Shown here in pieces: positions 18,073 to 26,991 of a DNA stretch of 64,000 nt (its first letter is position 1; each line of letters opens with the position of its first letter). The notes beneath the pieces are model-generated. The model searched no databases. It saw only the letters and a list, made by a program, of their open reading frames with translations, and was not told the DNA's origin. Location: contig CBDBLP010000003.1 in the NCBI GenBank assembly GCA_965207055.1, positions 816,913 through 880,912 of the forward strand, read 5' to 3'. Source of the DNA: Alphaproteobacteria bacterium (lineage in GTDB: Bacteria > Pseudomonadota > Alphaproteobacteria > UBA828). The position numbers and the translations under genes were made by a program.

Positions 18073-18933
18073 GTGGATCAGGTCGCTAACTATCTCTTCC
18101 AGATCGGCTTTTCCTTCTCGATCTTCATCCTGATCAGCCTCGGGCTCGCGGTCATCTTCGGGATGATGCGGGTGATCAACCTGGCGCAGGGCGAGTTCCT
18201 CATGCTCGGCGCCTACTTCTGCACGATTTGCAGCCACGCCGGCATCAACCTCTGGCTCTCGTTCATCCTGTCGGCGCTCGCCGTCGGGCTCTTCGGCATC
18301 ATCGTCGAGCGCTTCCTCATCCAGTGGCTCTACGGCCGCATCATCGACACGCTGTTAGCCACCTGGGGGCTGAGCCTGCTGCTGGTCGGCGGCGTCACCA
18401 CGATCTTCGGGCCCCAGACCGAGAGCGTCGCCGCCCCGCTCGGCAACGTGCAGGTGGGCGCCTTCGGGCTGCCGATCTACGGCCTGGTGATGATGGCGAT
18501 TGCCGTGGCCTTGCTGGGCGCGGTCTACGCCTTCTGGCGCTTCACCCGCTACGGGCTGATCGTGCGCGGCACCATGCAGAACCCGACGATTTCGGCCGCG
18601 CTCGGCGTCAACCGCAGCCTCGTCTACATGCTGACCTTCGCCTTCGGCTCGGCGCTCACCGGGCTTGCCGGCGCGGTGCTGTCGCCGATCGTTGGCGCCT
18701 ACCCCACGCTCGGCGTCGTCTACGTCGCCAAGGCCTTCATCACGGTCATCACCGGCGGCCACCTGCCGCTGATTGGCACGGTCAGCGCGTCCGGCCTCTT
18801 CAGCACGATGGACGGCATCGTCGCCACGATCTCCAGCTCGGTGATCGGCGAGATGACGGTGCTCTTCGTCGCGATCATCCTGCTCCGGCTGCTGCCGCTC
18901 GGCATCACCGGGCGCATGACCCGCGGGGTCTGA
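18073..18933 (+). CDS. Branched-chain/urea-type ABC transporter permease (LivH/UrtB-like)
   Basis: GTG start. ...ISLGLAVIFGMMRVINLAQGEFLMLGAY... 286 aa, polytopic. Confidence 0.88.
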   Translation: MDQVANYLFQIGFSFSIFILISLGLAVIFGMMRVINLAQGEFLMLGAYFCTICSHAGINLWLSFILSALAVGLFGIIVERFLIQWLYGRIIDTLLATWGLSLLLVGGVTTIFGPQTESVAAPLGNVQVGAFGLPIYGLVMMAIAVALLGAVYAFWRFTRYGLIVRGTMQNPTISAALGVNRSLVYMLTFAFGSALTGLAGAVLSPIVGAYPTLGVVYVAKAFITVITGGHLPLIGTVSASGLFSTMDGIVATISSSVIGEMTVLFVAIILLRLLPLGITGRMTRGV

Positions 18934-18936
18934 GCG

Positions 18937-20046
18937 ATGGTCCACGGCATCGCCCTGATGCAGCACCCGAGCGAGAAGCCCAAGTGGTGGTGGTGGGTCT
19001 TCGTCGCTGCGCTTGCGGCCTTCTTCATCACCATGCCCTTCCACCTGGAGATCTTCGTCATTCTGGAGATGTCGCGCTTCTTCGGGATGGCGATGCTCGC
19101 GCTCAGCATGGGCTTCCTCTGGGGCTTCAGCGGAATCCTCAGCTTCGGGCAGACCGCGTTCTTCGGGCTCGGCGGCTACGGCTTCACCGTGCTCGCGCTC
19201 AATACCGGCGAGACCACGGGCTCGGTCTTCTTCGCCGTCGCCCTCGGCGCGGCCGGCGCCGGCATCCTCGGCTACTTCATGATCTACGGCCGCATCAGCG
19301 AAATTTATCTGAGCGTCATCACCCTGGTCTTCACGCTGATCCTTGAGAAGGGCATCCGCGCCACCTCGGGCGACCAGTACGTCATCGGCAAGGTGCGGCT
19401 GAACGGGCAGAACGGCATCCCCACCGTGCCCCAGCTCGACGTGCCGTGGAACCCGAGCGTGCAGCTCGACATCAACTGGTTCTTCTGGGTCGGCGCCGTG
19501 CTCATGATCCTGGTCTACATCGGGCTGCGGATGATCCTGACCACGCCCTTCGGCCGGGTGCTGGTCGGCATCCGCGAGAACGAGCGCAGGACCGAGCTGC
19601 TGGGCTACGACACGCGGCGCTACAAGCTCGGGGCCTTCATGCTGGCGGGCGGCGTGGCCGGCCTCGGCGGCGCGCTCTACGCCATCTCGATCCCGCTGGC
19701 GCATCCGGAGATGTTCAGCCTGGGCCGCGCGGCGGACGTCATCATGTGGGTGCTGGTGGGCGGCAAGGGCACCCTGATCGGGCCGATCGCGGGCGTCTTC
19801 GCCATCGAGCACTTCAAGGGCTGGCTCGGCACCCAGGGCGTGGGCCAGGTGACGCTGGTGCTGGGCGCGGTGCTGATCCTCTTCGTCCTCGTCTTCCACA
19901 AGGGCCTGCTGCCGAGTGTCGGCTCGCTGCCGGGGCTCTGGCTGGACCGCGCGGCAATCCGCGAGCAGCTGGCCGAGTTCATGCAGCGGCTGACGGGGCG
20001 CTCGAGCCCGCCGCGCCGGCGACGGCGGCAGGGAGGGCCGCCGTGA
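18937..20046 (+). CDS. Branched-chain/urea-type ABC transporter permease (LivM/UrtC-like)
   Basis: ...LALSMGFLWGFSGILSFGQTAFFGLGGYGF...IRENERRTELLGYDTRRYKL... 369 aa. Confidence 0.88.
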   Translation: MVHGIALMQHPSEKPKWWWWVFVAALAAFFITMPFHLEIFVILEMSRFFGMAMLALSMGFLWGFSGILSFGQTAFFGLGGYGFTVLALNTGETTGSVFFAVALGAAGAGILGYFMIYGRISEIYLSVITLVFTLILEKGIRATSGDQYVIGKVRLNGQNGIPTVPQLDVPWNPSVQLDINWFFWVGAVLMILVYIGLRMILTTPFGRVLVGIRENERRTELLGYDTRRYKLGAFMLAGGVAGLGGALYAISIPLAHPEMFSLGRAADVIMWVLVGGKGTLIGPIAGVFAIEHFKGWLGTQGVGQVTLVLGAVLILFVLVFHKGLLPSVGSLPGLWLDRAAIREQLAEFMQRLTGRSSPPRRRRRQGGPP

Positions 20047-20783
20047 GCGAGGCGGTGCGCGAGGACGCGGTGATCCTGGAGACGCGGGCGCTGGAGAAGC
20101 GCTTCGGCGGCGTGAGCGCCATCGCCGGCGTCGACTTCGCGCTCCGGCGCGGCGAGCTGCGCTGCCTGATCGGCCCCAACGGCGCCGGCAAGAGCACCTT
20201 CTTCAAGATGCTCACCGCCCAGATCAGGCCGTCGAAGGGGCAGGTCCTGTTCGACGGCCGCGACATCAGCCGCGCGCATCCGCACGAAATCTCGCGCCTC
20301 GGCATCGGCATCAAGAACCAGGTGCCGGACGTCTACGACGGCATCACCGTGGACGAGAACCTGTGGCTCGCGGCGCACCTGCGCCACGGCGCCAGGGCCG
20401 CGCGCGCCAAGGTGGACGAGACGCTGGAGCGGCTCGAGCTCGGCGACATCCGCTGGCAGCTGCTCGGCGCGCTCGCCCACGGCCAGCGCCAGTGGGTCGA
20501 GTTCGGCATGGTCATGGCGCTGGAGCCCGAGGTCATCCTGCTCGACGAGCCCACGGCCGGCATGAGCATCGAGGAGACCAACCGCACGGCGGCACTGATT
20601 CGCGAGGTGAACCGGACCACCACCATCGTCGTGGTCGAGCACGACATGCAGTTCATCCGCCAGATTGCGGACATCGTCACCGTGTTCCACCAGGGCCGCA
20701 TCCTGGCTGAGGACACCATGGCGCGCATCCAGGCCAACCAGGCCGTGCGCGAGGTCTACCTGGGGACTTCGGGCCTTGCTTGA
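20043..20783 (+). CDS. ABC transporter ATP-binding protein (LivG/UrtD-like)
   Basis: The GTG at 20043 overlaps the preceding stop (GTGA). Walker A GPNGAGKST, Walker B ILLDEPTAGM, H-loop VVEHDM. Confidence 0.88.
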   Translation: MSEAVREDAVILETRALEKRFGGVSAIAGVDFALRRGELRCLIGPNGAGKSTFFKMLTAQIRPSKGQVLFDGRDISRAHPHEISRLGIGIKNQVPDVYDGITVDENLWLAAHLRHGARAARAKVDETLERLELGDIRWQLLGALAHGQRQWVEFGMVMALEPEVILLDEPTAGMSIEETNRTAALIREVNRTTTIVVVEHDMQFIRQIADIVTVFHQGRILAEDTMARIQANQAVREVYLGTSGLA

Positions 20784-21468
20784 GGTCGAAGGTCTTAACG
20801 CCGGCTACGGCCGCATCCCGATCTTGAACGGGATCGACTTCTCCATCGCGCGTGGCGAGATCGTGGGCGTGCTTGGCCACAACGGCATGGGCAAGACCAC
20901 GCTGCTGCGCACGCTGATGGGGGAGATCAGGGCCACTGGCGGGAGCATCACCTTCGAGGACGAGGACATCACGCGGCTCGCCATGCACCGGCGCGCGCGG
21001 CTCGGCATCGGATACGTGCCGCAGGGGCGGGACATCTACCCGCAGCTCAGCGTCATGGACAACCTGCGCATGGGCGAGATCGTGCGCCGCGGCCAGAGCG
21101 CGGTGCCGGAGCTGCTGGACTACTTCCCCGTGCTGGGCGCGCTGCTGGAGCGGCCGGGGCGCGCGCTCTCCGGCGGCGAGCAACAGATCCTGGCGCTCGC
21201 GCGCTGCCTCGCCGGCCGGCCGAGCCTGCTGCTGCTGGACGAGCCGACCGAGGGCATCCAGCCCTCCATCATCGATCAGATTCAGGCGAAGCTTGCCGAG
21301 CTCGCCGCCGCGCTCGACCTTACGGTGCTCCTGGTCGAGCAGAACCTGCGCTTCATCCAGGCGCTGGCGGAGCGGGTGCTGATCATGCAGAAGGGCACCA
21401 TCGTGGCCACCATCGCGCCCGAGCAGCTCTCCGACCGCGCGATCGTGGACGAGTACCTGGGCATCTGA
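20776..21468 (+). CDS. ABC transporter ATP-binding protein (LivF/UrtE-like)
   Basis: LEVEGLNAGYGRIPILNGIDF...GHNGMGKTTLL...LSGGEQQILALARCL...LLLDEPTEG. Proposed TTG start at 20776, overlapping the upstream stop by 8 nt. The exact start is uncertain. Confidence 0.82.
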   Translation: MLEVEGLNAGYGRIPILNGIDFSIARGEIVGVLGHNGMGKTTLLRTLMGEIRATGGSITFEDEDITRLAMHRRARLGIGYVPQGRDIYPQLSVMDNLRMGEIVRRGQSAVPELLDYFPVLGALLERPGRALSGGEQQILALARCLAGRPSLLLLDEPTEGIQPSIIDQIQAKLAELAAALDLTVLLVEQNLRFIQALAERVLIMQKGTIVATIAPEQLSDRAIVDEYLGI

Positions 21469-21696
21469 AGGCCCGCCGCCTTCGACCCCGGACCATGGTG
21501 CGGTGCAAGACGTGCGACGGGCGCGCCATCATCGCGCCATGACGAGATTCGTGAGGACGAAGAGTGATCGGGCCTTAGAAGGCGGAGGCAAGCACGGCGG
21601 GCGCGTTCTTGGCGAGCGATTGACGCCCCGGAATTCCACTTGCCCCACTTAATCCCGGCGAATCCCGGACAAATTTATGCGTTTCCGGCGCCGGCT

Positions 21697-21837
21697 CAGA
21701 GCGTGTCCGTTTCACACGGAAACGCTCTGATTCTCTGTCGCTCACGGCAGCCGGCTCTTATTGGATTCCGCGCGCCTGTCGGCACGACGGGCCGCGGTCG
21801 CGGCCTGTCGCGCGTCCATCAAGAACGGACCCTCTCT
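21697..21837. repeat. Intergenic structured repeat element, copy A (fills the convergent gap before the hslU stop)
   Basis: It starts with a 33-nt imperfect palindrome (21697-21729, 14 of 16 pairs). It shares an identical 18-mer cgctcacggcagccggct (21739-21756) and an identical 24-mer gggccgcggtcgcggcctgtcgcg (21789-21812) with copy B at 47961-48123, in the same order and orientation. Confidence 0.8.
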
Positions 21838-23146
21838 AGAGGATGAACTTGCTGAGGTCGGCGTCCTTGGCGAGGTCGCCCACATGGGCCTCGACGTAGG
21901 CCGCATCGATGGTGATGGTGTCGCCGGAGCGGTCGGCGGCCTCGAAGCTGATCTCCTCCAGCAGCTTCTCCATCACCGTGTGCAGCCTGCGCGCGCCGAT
22001 ATTCTCGACCGCGCGGTTGACCTCGGCGGCGAGGTCGGAGAGCGCGTCGATGGCGCAGTCGCTGAACTCCAGCGTCACGCTCTCGGTCGCCATCAGCGCG
22101 TGGTACTGGCGAATCAGGCTGTTCTCGGGCTCGGTCAGGATCCTCTTCAGGTCGTCGCGGGCCAGCGAATTCAGCTCCACCCGGATCGGCAGCCGCCCTT
22201 GCAGCTCGGGCAGGAGGTCCGCCGGCTTCGCCAGGTGGAAGGCGCCCGACGCGATGAAGAGGATGTGGTCGGTGGTGAGCGCGCCGTGCTTGGTAGTGAC
22301 CGTGGTGCCCTCGATCAGGGGTAGCAGGTCGCGCTGCACGCCCTCGCGGCTCACGTCGGCGCCGAGGCGGTCGGAGCGCGCGCAGATCTTGTCGATCTCG
22401 TCGATGAAGACGATGCCGTCGTTCTGGGCGTTCTCCAGCGCTGTGCGCACGACCAGGTCCTGATCCAGCAGCCGGTCGCTCTCCTCCGCCATCAGGGTCT
22501 CGTACGAAGCCTCCACGCTCATGCGCTTGATCGACTTCTGCTCGCCGAAGGCCTTGCCGAACATGTCGCCGAGATTGACCATGCCCATCTGGGCGCCGGG
22601 CATGCCGGGAATCTCGAAGGTGGGCAGCGAGGAGCCCGCGGATTCGCTCACCTCGATGTCCACTTCCTTTTCGGCGAGCGAGCCGTCGCGCAGCATCTTG
22701 CGGAACTTGCCACGGGTTTCCTTGGCCGCATTCTTGCCGACGAGCGCGTCGAGCACCCGCTCCTCCGCGTTGAGCTCGGCCCTGGCGGCGACCTCCTTGC
22801 GCATGCGCTCGCGGGTCATGTGGATCGAGACCTCGACCAGGTCGCGGACGATCTGCTCCACATCGCGGCCGACGTAGCCGACCTCGGTGAACTTGGTCGC
22901 CTCGACCTTGATGAAGGGTGCCTGGGCGAGGCGGGCGAGGCGGCGGGCGATCTCGGTCTTGCCGACGCCGGTCGGGCCGATCATCAGAATGTTCTTGGGC
23001 AGCACCTCCTCGCGCAGGTCGCCGGTGAGCTGCTGGCGCCGCCAGCGGTTGCGGAGCGCGATGGCGACCGAGCGCTTGGCGTCGTCCTGGCCAATGATGA
23101 AGCGGTCGAGCTCGGAGACGATCTCGCGGGGGCTGAAGGCGTTCAT
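21836..23146 (-). CDS. hslU: ATP-dependent protease ATPase subunit HslU
   Basis: [40 protein letters not shown]...[15 protein letters not shown]... The ATG at 23146 overlaps the hslV stop (ATGA). Confidence 0.95.
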   Translation of the reverse strand: MNAFSPREIVSELDRFIIGQDDAKRSVAIALRNRWRRQQLTGDLREEVLPKNILMIGPTGVGKTEIARRLARLAQAPFIKVEATKFTEVGYVGRDVEQIVRDLVEVSIHMTRERMRKEVAARAELNAEERVLDALVGKNAAKETRGKFRKMLRDGSLAEKEVDIEVSESAGSSLPTFEIPGMPGAQMGMVNLGDMFGKAFGEQKSIKRMSVEASYETLMAEESDRLLDQDLVVRTALENAQNDGIVFIDEIDKICARSDRLGADVSREGVQRDLLPLIEGTTVTTKHGALTTDHILFIASGAFHLAKPADLLPELQGRLPIRVELNSLARDDLKRILTEPENSLIRQYHALMATESVTLEFSDCAIDALSDLAAEVNRAVENIGARRLHTVMEKLLEEISFEAADRSGDTITIDAAYVEAHVGDLAKDADLSKFIL

Positions 23147-23706
23147 GCCTCGATCTTCTCCAGAACGATCTCGGTGTTGGTGTAGATGCAGATGTCGGCG
23201 GCGATGGCCATGGCGCGTCTGGCGATTGCCTCGGCGTCGAGGCCTTCGATGTCGAGCAGCGCCCGCGCCGCAGCCAGCGCGTAAGATCCGCCCGAGCCGA
23301 TGCCGATCAGCCCGTCCGCCGGCTCCAGCACGTCGCCGGTGCCGGTGAGCACCAGCGAGACCTCGCCGTCGGCCACCGCCATCATCGCCTCCAGCCGGCG
23401 CAGATAGCGGTCGGTGCGCCAGTCCTTGGCGAGCTCGACGCAGGCGCGGGTGAGCTGGCCCGGATGCTGCTCCAGCTTGCCTTCCAGCCGCTCGAAGAGG
23501 GTGAAGGCGTCGGCCGTGGCGCCGGCGAAGCCCGCGATGATGCCGCCCTCGCCGAGGCGCCGGACCTTGCGGGCGTTGGCCTTGATGACCGTCTGCCCGA
23601 GCGTGACCTGACCATCGCCCGCGACGACCACCATGCCGCCCTTGCGGACGGTAAGGATCGTCGTCCCGTGCCACACCGGCCCGCCCTGTCGTTCTCCTTC
23701 GGCCAT
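23143..23706 (-). CDS. hslV: ATP-dependent protease subunit HslV
   Basis: ...[40 protein letters not shown]... Start chosen at the ATG at 23706, because the sigma32-like promoter lies inside the longer ORF. Confidence 0.92.
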   Translation of the reverse strand: MAEGERQGGPVWHGTTILTVRKGGMVVVAGDGQVTLGQTVIKANARKVRRLGEGGIIAGFAGATADAFTLFERLEGKLEQHPGQLTRACVELAKDWRTDRYLRRLEAMMAVADGEVSLVLTGTGDVLEPADGLIGIGSGGSYALAAARALLDIEGLDAEAIARRAMAIAADICIYTNTEIVLEKIEA

Positions 23707-23737
23707 GTCCTCCTGCCACGCTCGCCGCGCCCGCACC

Positions 23738-23767
23738 ATGTGGGCATTCCCCGCGTACGGTCAAGGG
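23738..23767 (-). promoter_or_regulatory. Putative RpoH (sigma32)-type heat-shock promoter of hslVU
   Basis: The minus strand reads CTGCCCTTGAC-cgtacgcggggaatg-CCCACATGG, close to the E. coli sigma32 consensus CCCTTGAA-N13-15-CCCCATNT. The -10 element lies about 32 nt upstream of the hslV ATG. Confidence 0.5.
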
Positions 23768-23849
23768 CAGGCGGGGAGCGGCGCCGGCAGAACCTTGCCG
23801 GTCTTGCCAACGCCGCGCGCGCGGTGCTAAGCCCGAGCGTTGGCGGCAC

Positions 23850-23924
23850 GGGCGCTTAGCTCAGGGGGAGAGCGCTTGCTTGACATGCAAGAGGTCGATG
23901 GTTCAAATCCATCAGCGCCCACCA
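23850..23924 (+). tRNA. tRNA-Val (anticodon GAC), CCA encoded
   Basis: Hand-folded cloverleaf: acceptor GGGCGCT/AGCGCCC, D stem GCTC/GAGC, anticodon stem CTTGC/GCAAG with loop TTGACAT, T stem GATGG/CCATC with TTCAAAT loop. 75 nt. Confidence 0.9.
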
Positions 23925-24040
23925 TGCCGCCGCGTCCGCTCGCGAGCACGGGCTGAAGGGCGGGCGCCCGGCGCCCGGCTCTCGCCTCCCCTCCTCATGT
24001 CTGCCGCCCGCCTTGACCCAGGATATCGCCGGGCTGCGCT

Positions 24041-25015
24041 GTGCAGGGCAGGGCCATGAAGCGGCTGCTCGACGAGTTCCGCGAAAACCGGCTCATGCTG
24101 CCGACCCTGCTGCTGCTGCTCGGCGGCATCTCCTACGGCAGCCTCTTCACCGCCAACAAGATCGCGATCGACGCGGGCTTCCCCTTCATCGCCTATTCGT
24201 TCTGGCAGGCGTTGTTCGCGGGCGTGGTGACGCTGGTGCTGGCCACGATCGTCTCCAGGCCGCCGTCGCTCAGGAAAGAGAACCTCCGGGTCTTCGGGCT
24301 GGTGGCGGTTTTCGGCTTCCTGGGTCCGCTGCTGGTGGTCACTTACGTCGCCGACAGGTTGCCGCCGGCGGTGCTCACGCTCTGCGCGGCGCTGATCCCG
24401 GCGGCCACCTATACGCTGACCCTCGTGCTCAGGTTCGATCGCTTCCGCTGGCTCAGCGTCGCCGGCGTGCTGCTCGGCTTCGGCGGGATCCTGCTCATCG
24501 TCGTGCCTACGGGCAGCCTGCCGGATGCAGGCGCCTGGGTCTGGGTACTCTTCTCGCTGCTGATGCCGCTCTGTGCGGCGGTGAACAACGTCGCAGGCGC
24601 GCGCTTTTCGCCGGTGGGCGTGAGCGCGCTCGCGCTCTGCGGCGGCATGATGATCACGGCCGCGCTCCTGCTGCTCATCGTGATGCTCGCCCAGGGCGAG
24701 TTCTTCCTGCCGACCGACGCCGACTCCTCCGGCCTCTGGGGCCTGCTCTGGGCCACGGCCGGGCAGGCGATCACCTACAGCTGCTTCTTCGAGATCGTGC
24801 GCCGCGCCGGCGCGCTCTTCTTCGCCCAGCTCAACTACGTGGTGGTCGCCGCCGGAATCTTCTGGGCCAGCATCTTCTTCGGCGCTGCGCTCAGCCACTG
24901 GGTCTGGGCTGCGGTCGCGGTGCTGGTGATCAGCCTAGTCCTGATCAACGCCGGCACCGCACGAGGCTTGCGCGAGCAGGCCGCACGCTACCAAGCGGAG
25001 CGGTCGGACCAATAA
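24041..25015 (+). CDS. DMT superfamily (EamA-like) transporter
   Basis: About ten hydrophobic segments and two EamA-like halves. An alternative start is the ATG at 24056 (MKRLL...). Confidence 0.8.
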   Translation: MQGRAMKRLLDEFRENRLMLPTLLLLLGGISYGSLFTANKIAIDAGFPFIAYSFWQALFAGVVTLVLATIVSRPPSLRKENLRVFGLVAVFGFLGPLLVVTYVADRLPPAVLTLCAALIPAATYTLTLVLRFDRFRWLSVAGVLLGFGGILLIVVPTGSLPDAGAWVWVLFSLLMPLCAAVNNVAGARFSPVGVSALALCGGMMITAALLLLIVMLAQGEFFLPTDADSSGLWGLLWATAGQAITYSCFFEIVRRAGALFFAQLNYVVVAAGIFWASIFFGAALSHWVWAAVAVLVISLVLINAGTARGLREQAARYQAERSDQ

Positions 25016-25087
25016 GAGCGATAACGTCTTGCCGCGTCAGGCAAATCAGCCTATCAACCGCGAGCATTTGAGCGACGACGACGATCG

Positions 25088-26329
25088 ATGGCGTTCGGCC
25101 TCCTGAAATACGGCCTCTCCCGGCGCCGGCCGGTGAAGCGCTTCCTCGCGGCCCGGCCGGAGCTCAGGCCGAGCTACGACGTGGCTATCATCGGTGGCGG
25201 CGGCCACGGACTTGCTGCCGCCTACTACCTCGCGGCCAAGCACGGCGTGCGCAACGTCGCCGTGTTCGACAAGGGCTATCTCGGCGGCGGCAACACTGGG
25301 CGCAACACAGCCATCATCCGCTCCAACTATCTGACGCCGGAGGGCGTAGCCTTCTACGAAGAATCGATGCGGCTCTATCGGGGCCTCAGCGAGGAGCTGG
25401 ACTACAACATCCTCTATTCCGAGCGCGGGCACTTCACGCTGGCGCATTCCGATGCGGCCATGCGCACCTCGCGCTGGCGGGCCGAGGTGAACAAGCACCT
25501 CGGTGTCGATTCCGAGGTCGTGGAGCGCGACGAGCTTGCCCGCCTGGTGCCGCTGCTCAACATGTCCGAGGACGTCCGCCACCCGGTGCTCGGCGCGCTC
25601 TATCACCCGCCGGGCGCGCTCGCCCGGCACGATGCGGTCGCCTGGGGCTACGCCGGCCGCGCCCAGGAGCTCGGCGTCGAGATCCATCAGGAGACCGAGG
25701 TCACAGGCATCAACATCCAGAAGGGGCGCGTCGTCGGGCTCGAGACCAGCCGGGGGCCGGTCGCCTGCGGCAAGGCGATGCAGGCGGTGGCGGGCCTCAG
25801 CGGACAGGTCGCTCGGCTCGCGGGCTTCACGCTGCCGATCCGCACCGTGCCGCTGCAAGCCTGCGTCTCGCTGCCCCTGAAACCCTTCCTCAACCCGATC
25901 ATCGTCTCGGGCAGCCTGCACGTCTACATCTCGCAGTCCGACCGGGGCGAGCTGGTGATGGGCGGCGCGACCGACCCCTATCCGCGCTATCAGACCTCAT
26001 CGACCCTCGACTTCATGGAGGGGCTGATGGCGCACATCCTGGAGCTCTTCCCCTTCATGGTCGACGTGCCCGTGCTGCGCCAGTGGGCCGGCATGACCGA
26101 CATGACGCCCGACTTCGCGCCGGTCATGGGGCTCACGCCGGTCGAGAACTACTACATCGATTCCGGCTGGGGCACCTGGGGCTTCAAGGCGACGCCGGTC
26201 TGCGGCGCCACCATGGCGGAGATGATCGCGACAGGCCGCGTGCCCGAGCTGATCAAAGAGTTCCGCCTCGACCGCTTCCGCGACTTCTCGCTCCTGGGCG
26301 AAAAGGGCGCGGCCTCGGTCGGGCACTAG
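25088..26329 (+). CDS. soxB: Sarcosine oxidase subunit beta
   Basis: YDVAIIGGGGHGLAAAYYLAAKHGVRNVAVFDKGYLGGGNTGRNTAIIRSNY... 413 aa, first gene of the soxBDAG order. Confidence 0.9.
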   Translation: MAFGLLKYGLSRRRPVKRFLAARPELRPSYDVAIIGGGGHGLAAAYYLAAKHGVRNVAVFDKGYLGGGNTGRNTAIIRSNYLTPEGVAFYEESMRLYRGLSEELDYNILYSERGHFTLAHSDAAMRTSRWRAEVNKHLGVDSEVVERDELARLVPLLNMSEDVRHPVLGALYHPPGALARHDAVAWGYAGRAQELGVEIHQETEVTGINIQKGRVVGLETSRGPVACGKAMQAVAGLSGQVARLAGFTLPIRTVPLQACVSLPLKPFLNPIIVSGSLHVYISQSDRGELVMGGATDPYPRYQTSSTLDFMEGLMAHILELFPFMVDVPVLRQWAGMTDMTPDFAPVMGLTPVENYYIDSGWGTWGFKATPVCGATMAEMIATGRVPELIKEFRLDRFRDFSLLGEKGAASVGH

Positions 26330-26346
26330 GGCGGGGCCGCAGCGCC

Positions 26347-26991
26347 ATGAAGATCATGCCCTGCCCGCTCAACGGGCCACGCAACATCCAGGAGTTCATC
26401 TGCGCGGGTCCGGTGGAGCCGCATCCCGATCCGAACCGGTGCACGGACCAGGAGTGGACCGAGTTCGTCTGGATGGAGGAGAACCTGGCCGGGGTGGTGC
26501 GCGAGTGGTGGTGCCACGTCGCCACGTCCTACTGGTTCATCGCCGAGCGCAACACGGTGAGCGACGAGATCCTCGCCACCTATCCGGCCGACCGGATCTT
26601 TTCGGAGCGCGTCGAATTCGAACCCCTGGCACCGCCGCCCGAGCCGGCCGCCGCGCCGGCATCGAAACCCGCGCTGACGGAAGCCAAACCGGAGCCGCCC
26701 AAGGAAAGTGCGCCTGCGCCTGAGCCGCCGCCCGCTGAGGCTGCCCCCGCGGAAGCCGCGCCGGAACTGTCTGAGGTTGCCCCCGCTGAGGCCGCGCAGG
26801 ACGCGCCGACGGAGGAGCCGGCCGCGCCTGAGCCTGAGGCCGTGCCGGAAGCTCCGGAAGAAGCCGCGTCGGCCGACGTTGCTGGCGAAGGCGATGCATC
26901 CACCGACGAGACGTCCGCAGACGCGGAATCCGCGGACGATGCACCGGCGGACGACGCCCCGCCCCGAGAACCAAAGGATCCGGCGCCATGA
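26347..26991 (+). CDS. soxD: Sarcosine oxidase subunit delta-like, with a roughly 120-aa acidic Pro/Glu/Ala-rich C-terminal extension
   Basis: The first ~90 residues are a SoxD-like core: MKIMPCPLNGPRNIQEFICAG...EWWCHVATSYWFIAERNTVSDEILATY. They are followed by PPPEPAAAPASKPALTEAKPEPPKESAPAPEPPPAEAAPAEAAPE...ADDAPADDAPPREPKDPAP. The stop overlaps the soxA ATG (ATGA). Confidence 0.75.
   Translation: MKIMPCPLNGPRNIQEFICAGPVEPHPDPNRCTDQEWTEFVWMEENLAGVVREWWCHVATSYWFIAERNTVSDEILATYPADRIFSERVEFEPLAPPPEPAAAPASKPALTEAKPEPPKESAPAPEPPPAEAAPAEAAPELSEVAPAEAAQDAPTEEPAAPEPEAVPEAPEEAASADVAGEGDASTDETSADAESADDAPADDAPPREPKDPAP

Noticed and set aside
21640-21846. A 68-aa ORF covers repeat copy A.
   Set aside because: Copy B of the same element has no equivalent ORF. 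The translation is low-complexity, and the conservation pattern (palindromes, identical cores) fits a structured non-coding element.
23850-24040. tRNA-Val might be an integration site for a genomic island.
   Set aside because: There is no integrase and no partial tRNA direct repeat downstream that I could find. The following genes (DMT transporter, soxBDAG) have the same GC content as the flanks.
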